Origin: Eledone cirrhosa
Lineage: Eukaryota
Direction of reading: 5' to 3'
NCBI GenBank assembly: GCA_964016885.1
Contig: OZ024741.1
Span: 271,002,001 to 271,066,000 of the forward strand
Length of the DNA stretch: 64,000 nucleotides
In this document: one piece after another, positions 51,833-64,000 of the stretch
Layout: every line of letters begins with the position of its first letter
How positions within the stretch are numbered: the stretch's first letter is position 1
Position numbers and translations under genes: made by a program
The notes under the pieces: generated by a model
The model's input: the letters and a program-made list of their open reading frames with translations, nothing else
What the model was told of the DNA's origin: nothing
Database searches by the model: none

Positions 51833-52201
51833 CTCTCCGTAGTCCTTCCATCCTACATATCGAAGGCGACCAGGTAAGCGATAGTATAGGCCTCTGGCTT
51901 ATGATTGGTCCACGTAATAATAATGGTGGTGCGTGGGGGCGCGAGGGAGGGGTGTTGAGTTGTTAGCGAGAAGGATAGGTTTAAGTGAGATCCCCGTATT
52001 TAACGAACGTAAACAAAAATACAAGATTTGTTTAGTAAAATACGCCAAAAACTTCCGTATTTTACAAGCATGACAAAAATACAAGAGATTTGTTTTGGAA
52101 AATACAGGGGGAAATAGGATGGATGGATGGCTAGTGAGACAAGAATTGGAAAGAGGATAGAAAAAATGCTATTGGAAGGTATATATGTATATATATATAT
52201 T

Positions 52202-52382
52202 AGAAAGTGTGGGTTTTTTTTACAAAATGAAAAATAACCGAGGTGTCCTACACGAGTGAAAGTATAAAGAAAAAAAGATGAAATCGAAAATGCAACTGGA
52301 GTCTATTTAAAAAAAAATATATTTATTTATTTGGTTCCTTTACCGGTTTCGCAGTTCTGCTTTTCAAAAGTAGAGTTGAGAT
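52202..52382 (-). repeat. Second copy of the 1402-1612 repeat, with U3-A8 hammerhead-like motif at 52338-52370
   Basis: Minus strand ctt-TTGAAAA-GCAGAACTGC-GAAA-CCGG-TA-aag. Confidence 0.7.
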
Positions 52383-52619
52383 ATATATATTTGTGTGTGT
52401 GTGTGTGTGTGTTTGCGAAAAGTAAACGGAAAAAAACGTAGTAACCAATACACTACAATGGAAATATATATTAGTTTAACGACGTTTGACATAGTAGGAA
52501 GCGCTAGTCCTTCATATATAAGGAAAGGAAAGAAGCCTATCGTCAAATCTGACCAAGGAAACTGCTTTCATTGCTCTTTCATTGACTGATACTGTCTGTT
52601 AGCCGTGGCTTCCAGATGA

Positions 52620-52720
52620 AGGAGTCAGAATTTAAACTCAGAAAGCACAGAACCAGATTATATTCCGCAAATCATAGTTCAACTCTTTAACAATTCCAGC
52701 AATCTACCGCACCCTGGGGT
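52620..52720 (-). mobile_element. Old diverged SINE head
   Basis: Minus strand ccagggtgcggtag...ctgagtttaaattc resembles the 5' half of 13081-13170. Confidence 0.45.
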
Positions 52721-52761
52721 AATACTTTATTTGTCGCCCTTGAAAGGCTAAGAGAGCAAAG

Positions 52762-52822
<61 letters not shown>

Positions 52823-52827
52823 CATAC

Positions 52828-52885
<58 letters not shown>

Positions 52886-52888
<3 letters not shown>

Positions 52889-53090
52889 GAAGGAAATGTG
52901 GTAAGGAACCAGATGGACCATAACGCACCAAAGTACTCAATACTTAGGGTAGTAGAGTGGGTAATAGGAACAAGAAGGACCCCGACGGCTGAGCTCAAGC
53001 CGTTTCGACGGCTAATTCTGGACTTTTTTTTTTCAGTCCAGAATTAGCCGTCGAAATGGCTTGAGCTCAGCCGTCGGGGTCCTACTTGTT

Positions 53091-53093
<3 letters not shown>
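52886..53093. mobile_element. Second head-to-head inverted pair of the Penelope-like terminal fragment
   Basis: 52886-53024 matches 10171-10310; T-run spacer; 53035-53093 is the reverse complement starting AGTCCAGAATTAGCC. Confidence 0.85.
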
Positions 53094-53170
<77 letters not shown>

Positions 53171-53245
53171 CACACACACACACACATATATATATACACT
53201 TTTTCCTCTGTATCTATCCTTTGTTATCCTGTCTCTAGTTTTGTA

Positions 53246-53279
53246 CTCCCGAAGAAGGGCTAAAGCCCGACATGTCGAA
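53246..53279 (+). ncRNA. Degenerate minimal hammerhead-like motif
   Basis: tc-CCGAAGA-a-GGGC(taaa)GCCC-GACA-TGTC-ga; two core substitutions. Confidence 0.4.
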
Positions 53280-53427
53280 CTTTCTTTCCTCTTTCTCAAA
53301 TAAAGCATGAAACTAATGACATTTTGTACCTCTGTTTGTTGTTTCCTTGAACTATCACAACAGGATAGTTATACATGGCCTGCAGCATATCAAAATGACT
53401 GCATAACTGTACTTATGATTACGTAAG

Positions 53428-53475
53428 AATCTGATGAAGTCACATGCATAACCATATAACAGAAATGTATATCAT
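53428..53475 (+). ncRNA. Degenerate hammerhead-like motif
   Basis: at-CTGATGA-agtcacatg...catataaca-GAAA-tgtata-TC-at; weak stems. Confidence 0.35.
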
Positions 53476-53659
53476 GCAATAAACAATTATGGTGAAATAA
53501 TCTCTTCTTAACTACTCTTATTTGATAAATGAATACTCCGTCAGTCCTAATCACCAACTCTTTCCTGGGATAAACTACTGACGTGTGGTGCTTTTGGATC
53601 GCTCAGTTCGGCTTATCCTCAAGAAGTTACAACATAACAACTATGTATAGGCAACCTAT

Positions 53660-54290
53660 CATCTGAAATATATGCGTTCGAGGCTGTTCATGTACGAGAT
53701 CGCTAGCACACCCGACAGGCTTGAGCCCATGGGTAGCCCTGAGGTATGCCGGTATGTTTGGTCGAGAAAATTGAAATATGTGTTGTCAACGACGACGGAT
53801 AGGAGCTGGTGGATGTCAGTGGGGGTGAGCCCGAAACAGTGTAGGTTGGTAGATTGAACACGTTCTAAAAACACCGGTCACAGATGGCGTTGATGTGCTC
53901 CTCGATCTGCGCGGTAGTGATCCCTGTGACTTTAGAGTAGAGGCTCTCACCGTCAAGGTGTTGAAGGGCCAGAGTGTTGTAGGCCTCTCTGCTGATGACG
54001 CAGAATTCTTTTCCCTTGTCGGAGGGGAGGTAGATGAGGTTTCTCGATTTCAGGTTGGAGAGAGTGAGGTTGTGTGTTGTGCGTGTGTGTGTGTTTATGT
54101 AGGATATAAGAGATGGAGTGTTTTAACCTGATGAGTTTAGTGTCGAGTTCGTGGTTGGTGGGTGGGGTGGGGAGGAGTGGGTTGTCGAGGTGGTAAGTGG
54201 GGAACTTGGGGCGGGTTGTGTGGGTGCTATTATTTTCCATGGTGCTGTTGATGGCGGTCACCCATTTAAGTTGGTAAGCGGCTCGGCAGA
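53660..54290 (-). mobile_element. Inverted, internally deleted 5' segment of a Penelope-like element
   Basis: Minus strand gives YLPSDKGKEFCVISREAY (pre-RT DKG motif) joined to TYFNFLDQTYRHTSGLPMGSSLSGVLA, homologous but not identical to +54600-54795. Confidence 0.8.
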
Positions 54291-54309
54291 AGTTGGCTTC
54301 GATGTCGAG

Positions 54310-55754
54310 ACTACCCGCCTTCTATCACCTCGTCAAAACATACAAACAGGGACCCGACACGAAGATAAGCCTATTGTATCGAGCGTGGAAGGACCGTCTA
54401 CAAAATTTCATGGCTCCTAGCCAGAATACATAAACCCCTATTGGGCACCTTGCCGGGACACGTAAACAGCTCCGAGGAAGTGTTGGAGCGCCTACATCAA
54501 ATGGATCCCGACACCCGAAATGCTAACAGATATGCCTTCAGCCTTGATGTGGTCGCTCTCTACACCTCGTTCCCGGCGCTCCCGGTCGTCGATATACTGA
54601 TAGAAGGTGTTCAATCTACCAACCTACACTGCTTCGGGCTCACCCCCACTGACATCCACCAGCTCCTATCCGTCGTCGTTAACAACACGTATTTCAATTT
54701 TCTCGACCAAACATACCGACAGATCTCAATGCTATCCATGGGCTCCAACCTGTCGGGTGTGCTAGCGATCTTGTACATGGACAGCCTCGAACGCAAGGCA
54801 CTCAACACCTGCCACCCCAACGCCGTCTCCTCCTTCTCAAGATACGTGGACGACATCCTCATCCTCACATCTTTCCAGGAGATGGCGAACGGGATTCACG
54901 AGACGTTCAATAACACGGACGAGAATATTGACTTCAGTGTTAAACACCCCAACGACGACGGGTCCCTTGCCCTCCTCGACTTCCGAATCAACATCACGGA
55001 GCAGGGAGGGATCCACACCAGCTTCTACCGTAAGGCAACCTGCAAGGACTTGTTCGTCCCCTACAAATCTGCCCTCCCTAACAGTGCTAAAAGAGTGTAC
55101 ACCACGAACGAGATCACCCAGATTAAAAACAGATACAGCAATCCCGTGAGTGGTGTGACCCATACCAAGCGGTTCCTCGGGGTGTTGGAGACGAACGGAT
55201 ACCCAGCATCATTAACAAGCAGAGTAAGAGATACCAGACGCAAAAGGCAGAGAAACACCCAAGGCAAGTGCTTCCTTAAAATCCTGCACCTGGGCGAGAA
55301 AACCACCAACGCTATCCGCAGGGCCATACGGAGGGAGGGCCTCGACATCCACTTGGCCCATTCGGGCCCCTCCCTACGGAGATGCTTCTCCAGGAAACCC
55401 GAGAAATTGGTTGACGCCTGTTCCCTCAGCAACTGTCCGATGCGCCAAACGAACTGTTGCTTACGCACGTACGTTGTATACGAGGTAGAATGAGACAAGT
55501 GCAACGACTACTACATCGTTAGCACAATCCGGCCACTACATGTCCGGATCAAGGAGCACATCAACACCAGGGCCTTGTTTTTCCGGAAACACATAACCAA
55601 ATGCGGAAACAAAGACGGAAGGCCCATTGTTACAGTGTTAGCGACTGAACGCAACGTCGGCACTTTAAGAATCAAGGAAGCACTTTGGATCAAACGCCTC
55701 GGACCACAAATAAATAACCGATCCGAGAGAAGTGAGACGAGATGGCTGGTGTAA
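54310..55754 (+). pseudogene. Penelope-like element RT + GIY-YIG endonuclease (5' frameshifts; in-frame TGA at 55491-55493)
   Basis: PIVSSVEGP, FSLDVVALYTS, MGSNLSGVLA, RYVDDILI, LALLDFRI, FYRKAT; beyond the TGA the frame continues VVYEVE*DKCNDYYIVST.RPLHVRIKEH...KHITKC...LRIKEALWIK.LGPQINNR to TAA at 55752-55754. Confidence 0.9.
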
Positions 55755-56112
55755 ACAAACGAAACAACAACAACACACACACAGTGGCAATCGAACGATT
55801 GTTATTGTGTATAACGTGTCCACCATCCACCGACCAACAAACAACAATCAGGTAGACTACCAATACAACAACACACCTGCCAGTATCAAAGACTGAATAT
55901 AAGTAATGTAAGAAATTGACAGCGAAGATGCTTACGCACTGACACATCACCATCCCACTACTCTAGTATAGAAGAACTGCCTCGACCTTTGTCTGACCAC
56001 AGCTATTCCACGCGCACGCGCGCCCTACAAAGTAGTTCAGGTGTTCACAAACGGTAGACTACAGAAGCCACGTGTTGTTCCTCTCCGACTAAAAACTTTC
56101 CCCCTCGGAAAA

Positions 56113-56148
56113 CCCCCAGTTGATGGATGTGAAATCCGAAATATAGGG
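56113..56148 (+). ncRNA. Degenerate minimal hammerhead-like motif in the 3' pseudo-LTR of the Penelope-like element
   Basis: ccc-CAGTTGA-t-GGAT(gtgaa)ATCC-GAAA-TATA-ggg; stems intact, first core box mutated. Confidence 0.45.
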
Positions 56149-56325
56149 ACAATTAAATCGCTTCCAAGGTAACTCTATCTTGTGTTATTATTTTTACACT
56201 CTTTCCTACGTTCCTCTATATCCTATACGTCTCATTATACCTTTCCTCTTACATCTCTCTCATTACGCCTGATTCTGTTACCCGGAGATTTACGCATCCG
56301 CATTGTTGAGGCTTCCAAAACGACC

Positions 56326-56371
<46 letters not shown>

Positions 56372-56444
56372 CTAATGAGTATAAATCGAAGTTGTAGCCG
56401 CAGTATAACGGATAATAATCGAGTTGTTTGAAGCAGTATATATT

Positions 56445-56683
<239 letters not shown>

Positions 56684-56798
56684 ATTGCAGCTTTTTGTAA
56701 ACTTTATTACATATTACAATTTGTTTCCATTTCGATCAGCTCGGGTGTGATCATGTGATCGGAACCCGACTCTTAATCGACACTTCTTCACCTAATAA

Positions 56799-56849
<51 letters not shown>

Positions 56850-56853
<4 letters not shown>

Positions 56854-57645
56854 TTTAGTACAACATTAACGAAGCTTTAGTTTGCGGCCAAGCTAACGAA
56901 TGCAAATTCGGTATGTAGCTTTAGCACTCGATAGGGAATAGTATCCCAGAGTAATAACAATACGTTTAGACAGCTTAGCAAATCAAATATAGCGATCGGC
57001 AGTCCAGCCGCATTACCACAGCAACGAAAATGGTTGGACTCAGGAAAGAATTTTAGGCTGACCTGGACATAGGGCGGATACCGAATGCAATATATAATGC
57101 ACATCGCATAGCATACGATATACATCACATACAACACATAACACCCACGCTAGGTTTCTGCAAATCCAAGATCGACAAATTCCACTTGCAGGGGTCTGCA
57201 AGTTAATGGTCTTTGACGACAGAACAAAGGATTTCCTTCTTCAACAAGTCTTGTGTTCTTTAGCCTCTGAGAGTATGTTCTAGCAGTAAATTTCGCTATA
57301 GACACGTGGTTTTCTCCAAAGGAGGTAACCCCCCGTTTTGGCGGGGAATTCGAAATTTGAGACAAAGGAATGAAATTCCCTTAGACAAACCGAATTAGGC
57401 ACTCAACCAGAAGTTATCAAACAAACATAAAAATTAATCAATCAATAGAATTGTCTAATTAAATTAATCAGTTAATCGTTAATTCTAGGAGTTAAAATAC
57501 AAATTTTAGTACAGCATTAACATATATATATATAGTTAAAGAAAGAAAAGTAACAGTTGGCTGTACAATAAGGGCTTTATTCAAACACAGAATACTCTAA
57601 CTGGACTACCTCTAAGTGGATCACTTATAACGATAACTTGTTATT

Positions 57646-57678
<33 letters not shown>

Positions 57679-58256
57679 AAATTTAGTACAGCATAATCGA
57701 AGCTCTGGCTGCAGCGAACCTAACGAATGCAATCGGGGTGTACAGCTAAGCACTCAATAAGGTATATTACCCTAGAGTTATAACATTACGTTTAGACAGC
57801 TTTGCAAATTGAAGACAGCGATCGATAGACGGGCCGCAGTGACCAAAGCGACGAAAAAAACCGAACTCAGGAAAATATGACAAACCTGGACCGTTGCGTT
57901 GACACCATACATAACATATAACACATAATATATAATATATAATATATATCACATATAATATATAATATCTCCGCTAGGTTTTTGTAAATCCGAAATCAAC
58001 AAAATCCACTTGCAGGGGCCTGCAAGTTATTGGTTTTGGAAGATAGAACAGTGGAATTTACCTCGTCAACAAGTTTTCGTTCTAGTCCGCCCGTTTGTGA
58101 TTATTAGCAGTAAACACGGCTAGTAGGCACATGGTTTTCTCGAAGGGAGGTAACCCCCGGTTTTGGCGGTCAAATTCAAAATTTGAACAAAGGAATAAAT
58201 TCTTTTACACAAACCGAATAAAGCACTCAACTAGATGTTATTAAGCAAACATAAAT
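56850..58256. repeat. Two diverged direct copies (~56850-57440 and ~57677-58256) of an unclassified ~590-bp element
   Basis: Collinear shared blocks (TTAGTACA.CAT, TACGTTTAGACAGCTT, CGCTAGGTTT, CCACTTGCAGGGG.CTGCAAGTTA, GGAGGTAACCCCC, ACAAACCGAAT..GCACTCAAC). Confidence 0.8.
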
Positions 58257-58385
58257 AAATATATATCCATATGTTTATTGCTCTGGTCTTTAACCCTTGG
58301 AGCGCTTGCCAGCATGACTCGGAATTTGCGTTACGTTTCGCTTTTTCTACCCGCCGAAATGCGATTCTCGCTGAATTTATATTTA

Positions 58386-58426
<41 letters not shown>

Positions 58427-58462
58427 CAAGAGAAAGAAAGAAAGAAAGAGAGAGAGGTGTGT

Positions 58463-58533
<71 letters not shown>

Positions 58534-58799
58534 ACAGTCCCTTCTCATCAGTTGACTGCTACCCTTCAAACACCCCGATCACAGTCACCGCATTACCACC
58601 ACCAATAACAACAACAACATCAACAACAGTGGCACTAACAACAACTGCAACAACAATAATGAGGAGAGCATCGTCAACAACGGCAGCAACAAAAAACATC
58701 AATAACAACAATAACAGCAACAACAACGAAAGTGGATTCATAACATGATGATGGTGATGATAGTTGTGGTGGTTGTAATGGTAGGGATGAGGATGGAGA

Positions 58800-58871
58800 T
58801 GATAGTAGTAGTAGTAGTAGTAGTAATAGTAGTAGTAGTAGCAGTAGTAGTAGTAGTAGTGGTGGTGGTGA

Positions 58872-58928
<57 letters not shown>

Positions 58929-59002
58929 TAGTAGTAGTAGTAGTAGTAGCAGTAGTAGCAATAGTAGTAGTAGTAGTGGTAGTAGTAGTAGTAGTAGTAG
59001 TA

Positions 59003-59063
<61 letters not shown>

Positions 59064-59127
59064 TAGTAGTAGTAGCAGTAGTAGCAGTAGTAGTAGTAGT
59101 AGTAGTGGTAGTAGTAGCAGTAGTAGC

Positions 59128-59173
<46 letters not shown>
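58800..59173. repeat. (TAG)n trinucleotide array flanked by (CAA)/(CAC)-rich low-complexity sequence
   Basis: Direct reading. Confidence 0.95.
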
Positions 59174-59399
59174 CGAAGAAGAAGAAGAAAGAAGAAATAA
59201 GGTCCACCAGTACCAAACTCCACCACCACGCCACCCCAACTCAGCCGTCTCTACCACCACCAGCACCACCACTATCCCCACCACCACCACAACAATCACT
59301 AACAATATCCCCCCCCCTACCACCACTACCACCCTATCACCATCACCACCACCACCACCACCACTGTTGCTCATTTAAAAGCTAAGAACACTGACACAC

Positions 59400-59512
59400 C
59401 CACTTGGTATCTAATTAACAAGAATACCACGCCCACTACACACTCAAGTACGGCCACGCCCACCTTTCCAACTAGTGGACTGAAATGAAAGGTCAATGGA
59501 ACTGAGGTCATG
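59400..59512. promoter_or_regulatory. Candidate cis-regulatory motif cluster
   Basis: CTAATTAA (59411), CCACGCCC twice (59427, 59454), AGGTCA twice (59490, 59505) in a non-repetitive island. Confidence 0.25.
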
Positions 59513-59992
59513 TTTTTATTTTGGTACAGTATAGTATTTCACTTACTTTAAGTGTAGTCCTCCCTTCCATCACTCCATCTCATCTCCCTTAACTCACCCC
59601 TCTACCCCACGTTTCTCTCTCTACCCCCTCCCCCGCCAACCCTTCTTTTACACCACCCCGTCTCCATCCCCCACATCCCCTGTTGTCTCCTCCGCCCCAC
59701 CATCGTTCCCCCCTCTTCGTCTCACCAACCAGCTCAGTCCCCTTTCGTCCTACCACGACCCCCTTCTGATGTCACTCTGCTCTAATGCTTTAAAATGTAT
59801 TTAGTGTTGTTTCACAGCTATTTGGCTAATATCAAAGTATTTCCACCTATTTCATTATTTGTTTATTAAACATTTTCCTACTTTCTTTTTATATTAACCT
59901 CCCACCCACACGCATTCATATCCCCACACGTCCCCCACACTTATCCCCCTCCCATATGGGCCTCCACACACGATCCCCACGTCCTTTGACAG

Positions 59993-60142
59993 ACTCGTTC
60001 CCCCACGCACGTGTCACCCCACCACGTCCCTCATACACGTCAGCCCCCATGCGGGACCCCCCCCCCCCGAACGCCAAGAACAATCTTTCTCTTTTGAGTA
60101 CAATGGCACTTCATGGTACCAAGTTGACCAATTGTACCACAG
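59993..60142 (+). CDS. Candidate 150-nt internal exon of an unidentified host gene
   Basis: Acceptor ccccacgtcctttgacAG|, donor CAG|GTAATT, length divisible by 3, open in two frames; no family recognised. Confidence 0.4.
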
Positions 60143-60156
60143 GTAATTATCTTCTA

Positions 60157-60363
60157 CAACCATCCAAACAACCACCCAAACAACCACCCAACCAACCACC
60201 CAACCAACCATGCAAACAACAATCCAACCACCCAACCACCCAACCAACCACCCAACCAGCCAACCAACCACCCACCCAACCAACCACTCAACCAACCATG
60301 CAAACAACAATCCAACCACCCACCCAACCAAACACCCAACCAACCATGCAAACAACAATCCAA

Positions 60364-60402
<39 letters not shown>

Positions 60403-60619
60403 ACCAACCATGCAAACAACAATCCAACCAACCACCCAACCAACCAACCACACAACCACCCAACCAACCATCCACCCAACCAACCACCCAACCAACCATG
60501 CAAACAACAATCCAACCAACCACCCAACCAACCAACCACACAACCACCCAACCAACCACCCACCCAACCAACCACCCAACCAACCACCCAACCAACCATG
60601 CAAACAACAATCCAACCAA

Positions 60620-60654
<35 letters not shown>

Positions 60655-63600
60655 ACCAACCATGCAAACAACAATCCAACCAACCACCTAACCAACCACC
60701 AAACCAGCCAACCAACCATCCATCCAACCAACCAACCAACCAACTAACCAACCAATCACCACCCACCCAACAAACCAACCATCCAACCACCAAACCAACC
60801 AAGCAACCAACCATCCAACCAACCACCCAACCAACCAACCACACAACCAACCACCCAACCAATCAACCAACCAACCATTCAAGCAACCAACCATCCAACC
60901 AACCACCCACTAACCTACCCACCCAACCAACCACCCAACCACCCACCCAACCAACAACCCAACCAACCAACCACCCAGCCACCCAACCACCCAACCAACC
61001 ACCCAACAAACCAACCATCCAACCACCAAACCAACCAAGCAACCAACCATCCAACCAACCACCCAACCAACCAACCACACAACCAACCACCCAACCAATC
61101 AACCAACCAACCATTCAAGCAACCAACCATCCAACCAACCACCCACTAACCTACCCACCCAACCAACCACCCAACCACCCACCCAACCAACAACCCAACC
61201 AACCAACCAACCACCCAACCAACCAACCAACCACCCAACCAACTACCCAATCAACCACCCACCCAGCAACCCAACCACCCAACCACCAACCCACCCACCC
61301 AACCACCCACCCAGCCACCCAACCACCTAACCACCCAACCACCCACCCAACCACCCAACCACCCACCCAGCCACCCAACCACCCAACCACCCAACCAATC
61401 ACCCAACCACCCACCCAGCCACCCAACCACCCAACCACCCAACCAACCACCCAACCAACCACCCAACCAACCAACCACCCGCCCACCCGCCCACCCACCA
61501 ACCAACCACCCAACCACCCAACCACCCAACCAACCACCCAACCAACCAACCAACCACCCAACCAACCACCCAACCGCCCAACCACCCAACCAACCACCCA
61601 ACCACCCAACCACCCAACCACCCAACCAACCACCCAACCAACCACCCAACCAACCAACCACCCGCCCACCCAACCACCCACCAACCAACCTCCCAACCAC
61701 CCAACCACCCAAACAACCACCCAACCAACCAACCACCCAACCACCCAACCACCCAACCATCCAACCAACCACACAACCAACCACCCAACCACCCAACCAA
61801 CCACCGAACCACCCAACCACCCAACCACCCAACCACCCAACCATCCAACCAACCATCCAACCAACCACCCAACCACCCACCCACCCACCCAACCACCCAA
61901 CCAACCACCCAACCACCCAACCAACCAACCAACCAACCACCCAACCACCCAACCACCCAACCAACCACCCAACCAACCACCCACCCACCCACCCAACCAC
62001 CCACCCAACCACCCACCCAACCACCCAACCACCCAACCATCCAACCAACCATCCAACCAACCAACCACACACCCACCCAACCACCCACCCACCCACCCAC
62101 CCAACCAACCAACCACCCACCCACACAACCACCCAACCACCCACCCACCCACCCAACCACCCAACCAATCACCCAACCACCCAACCACCCAACCATCCAA
62201 CCAACCATCCAACCAACCAACCACCCACCCACCCAACCACCCACCCACCCACCCAACCACCCAACCACCCAACCACCAAACCAACCACCCAACCACCCAA
62301 CCACCCAACCACCCAACCACCCAACCATCCAACCAACCACCCACCCAACCAACCACCCAACCACCCACCCAACCAACAACCCAACCAACCAACCACCCAA
62401 CCACCCAACCACCCAACCAACCACCCAACAAACCAACCATCCAACCACCAAACCAACTAAGCAACCAACCATCCAACCAACCACCCAACCAACCAACCAC
62501 ACAACCAACCACCCAACCAATCAACCAACCAACCATTCAAGCAACCAACCATCCAACCAACCACCCACTAACCTACCCACCCAACCAACCACCCAACCAC
62601 CCACCCAACCTACAACCCAACCAACCAACCAACCACCCAACCAACCAACCAACCACCCAACCAACTACCCAATCAACCACCCACCCAGCCACCCAACCAC
62701 CCAACCACCCACCCACCCACCCAACCACCCACCCAGCCACCCAACCATCCAACCAACCACCCAACCACCCAACCACCCACCCAACCACCCAACCACCCAA
62801 CCACCCACCCAGCCACCCAACCACCCAACCACCCAACCAATCACCCAACCACCCACCCAGCCACCCAACCACCCAACCACCCAACCAACCACCCAACCAA
62901 CCACCCAACCAACCAACCACCCGCCCACCCAACCACCCATCAACCAATCACCCAACCACCCAACCACCCAACCAACCACCCAACCAACCAACCAACCACC
63001 CAACCAACCACCCAACCACCCAACCACCCACCCACCCACCCAACCACCCAACCAACCACCCAACCACCCAAACACCCAACCATCCAACCAACCATCCAAC
63101 CAACCAACCACCCACCCACACAACCACCCACCCACCACCCAACCACCCACCCACCCACCCAACCACCCAACCAACCACCCAACCACCCAACCACCCAACC
63201 ATCCAACCAACCACCCAACCAACCAACCACCCACCCACCCAACCACCCACCCACCCACCCAACCACCCAACCACCCAACCACCCAACCATCCAACCAACC
63301 ACCCAACCAACCACCCACCCACCCACCCAACCAACCACCCAACCACCCAACCACCCAACCAACCAACCACCCACCCACCCAACCACCCACCCACCCACCC
63401 AACCACCCAACCACCCAACCACCCAACCATCCAACCAACCACCCAACCAACCACCCACCCACCCACCCACCCACCCAACCAACCAACCACCCAACCACCC
63501 AACCACCCAACCACCCAACCACCCAACCAACCACCCAACCACCCAACCACCCACCCAACCAACCACCCAACCACCCAACCACCCACCCAACCAACCACCC

Positions 63601-63815
63601 AACCACCCAACCACCCAATTATCCAACCAACCACCCAACCACCCAACCAACCAACCACCCACCCACCCAACCACCCAACCAACCACCCAACCACCCAACC
63701 ATCCAACCAACCATCCAACCAACCAACCACCCAACCACCCAACCACCCAACCATCCAACCAACCACACAACCAACCACCCAACCACCCAACCAACCACCG
63801 AACCACCCAACCACC

Positions 63816-63847
<32 letters not shown>

Positions 63848-64000
63848 CAACCAACCAACCACCCAACCAACCACCCAACCACCCACCCAACCAACCACCC
63901 AACCACCCAACCACCCAACCATCCAACCAACCAACCAACCACCCAACCAACCACCCAACCAACCACCCAACCACCCACCCAACCAACCACCCACCCAACC
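60157..64000. repeat. Complex CCAA/CCAC/CCAACCACC array running off the window end
   Basis: Direct reading; plus strand almost entirely C and A; marker ccattcaagcaacc..cactaacctaccc recurs near 60875, 61111 and 62533. Confidence 0.95.

Larger units (their letters stand above)
48578..52180 (-). mobile_element. Near full-length RTE-clade LINE (APE + RT), inactivated
   Basis: 5' UTR, APE ORF, RT ORF, C-terminal GRPRKTW..DRDLWR, 3' UTR and (GAT)n tail; frameshift near 50224 and an internal deletion after LLYAD. Confidence 0.92.

Noticed and set aside
56710-56795. Minus-strand GTGAAGA...nested hairpins...GAAACAAATTGTA as another long-stem-II hammerhead
   Set aside because: Core position 3 is wrong and stem I is absent; too degenerate to call.
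58559-59374. Poly-Tyr/Leu/Thr/Val ORFs
   Set aside because: (TAG)n trinucleotide translations.
59818-59836. Possible 19-nt micro-exon (ttcacAG|...|GTattt)
   Set aside because: Weak donor, not frame-preserving, no supporting evidence.
60014-63998. Gly/Trp/Val-rich ORFs (GW-repeat-like) and possible telomere
   Set aside because: All three minus-strand frames are open because the repeat has almost no stops; the unit is not TTAGGG.

Overview
Repeat-dominated eukaryotic DNA, most likely from an octopod cephalopod (inferred from octopus-type tRNA-derived SINEs, RTE LINEs, Penelope-like elements and abundant (TA)n). No complete host gene is recognisable; one candidate 150-nt exon lies at 59993-60142. 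About half of the window (16806-47230) is a ~30.4-kb array of a 15-bp unit (CCTACTGTAGCCTGT) with 3.7-4.0-kb higher-order repeats, and it appears to sit inside a Tc2/pogo-like non-autonomous DNA transposon. The flanks hold two decayed RTE LINEs, two Penelope-like elements with inverted 5' segments, about nine hammerhead-ribozyme-like motifs (canonical, U3-A8 variant, and versions with a large branched stem II), a complete non-autonomous Helitron, several SINEs, an intron-containing tRNA-Tyr pseudogene, a second 15/9-bp minisatellite and a terminal CCAA/CCAC array. Nearly all ORFs in the track are translations of simple repeats. All alignments and folds were done by eye.
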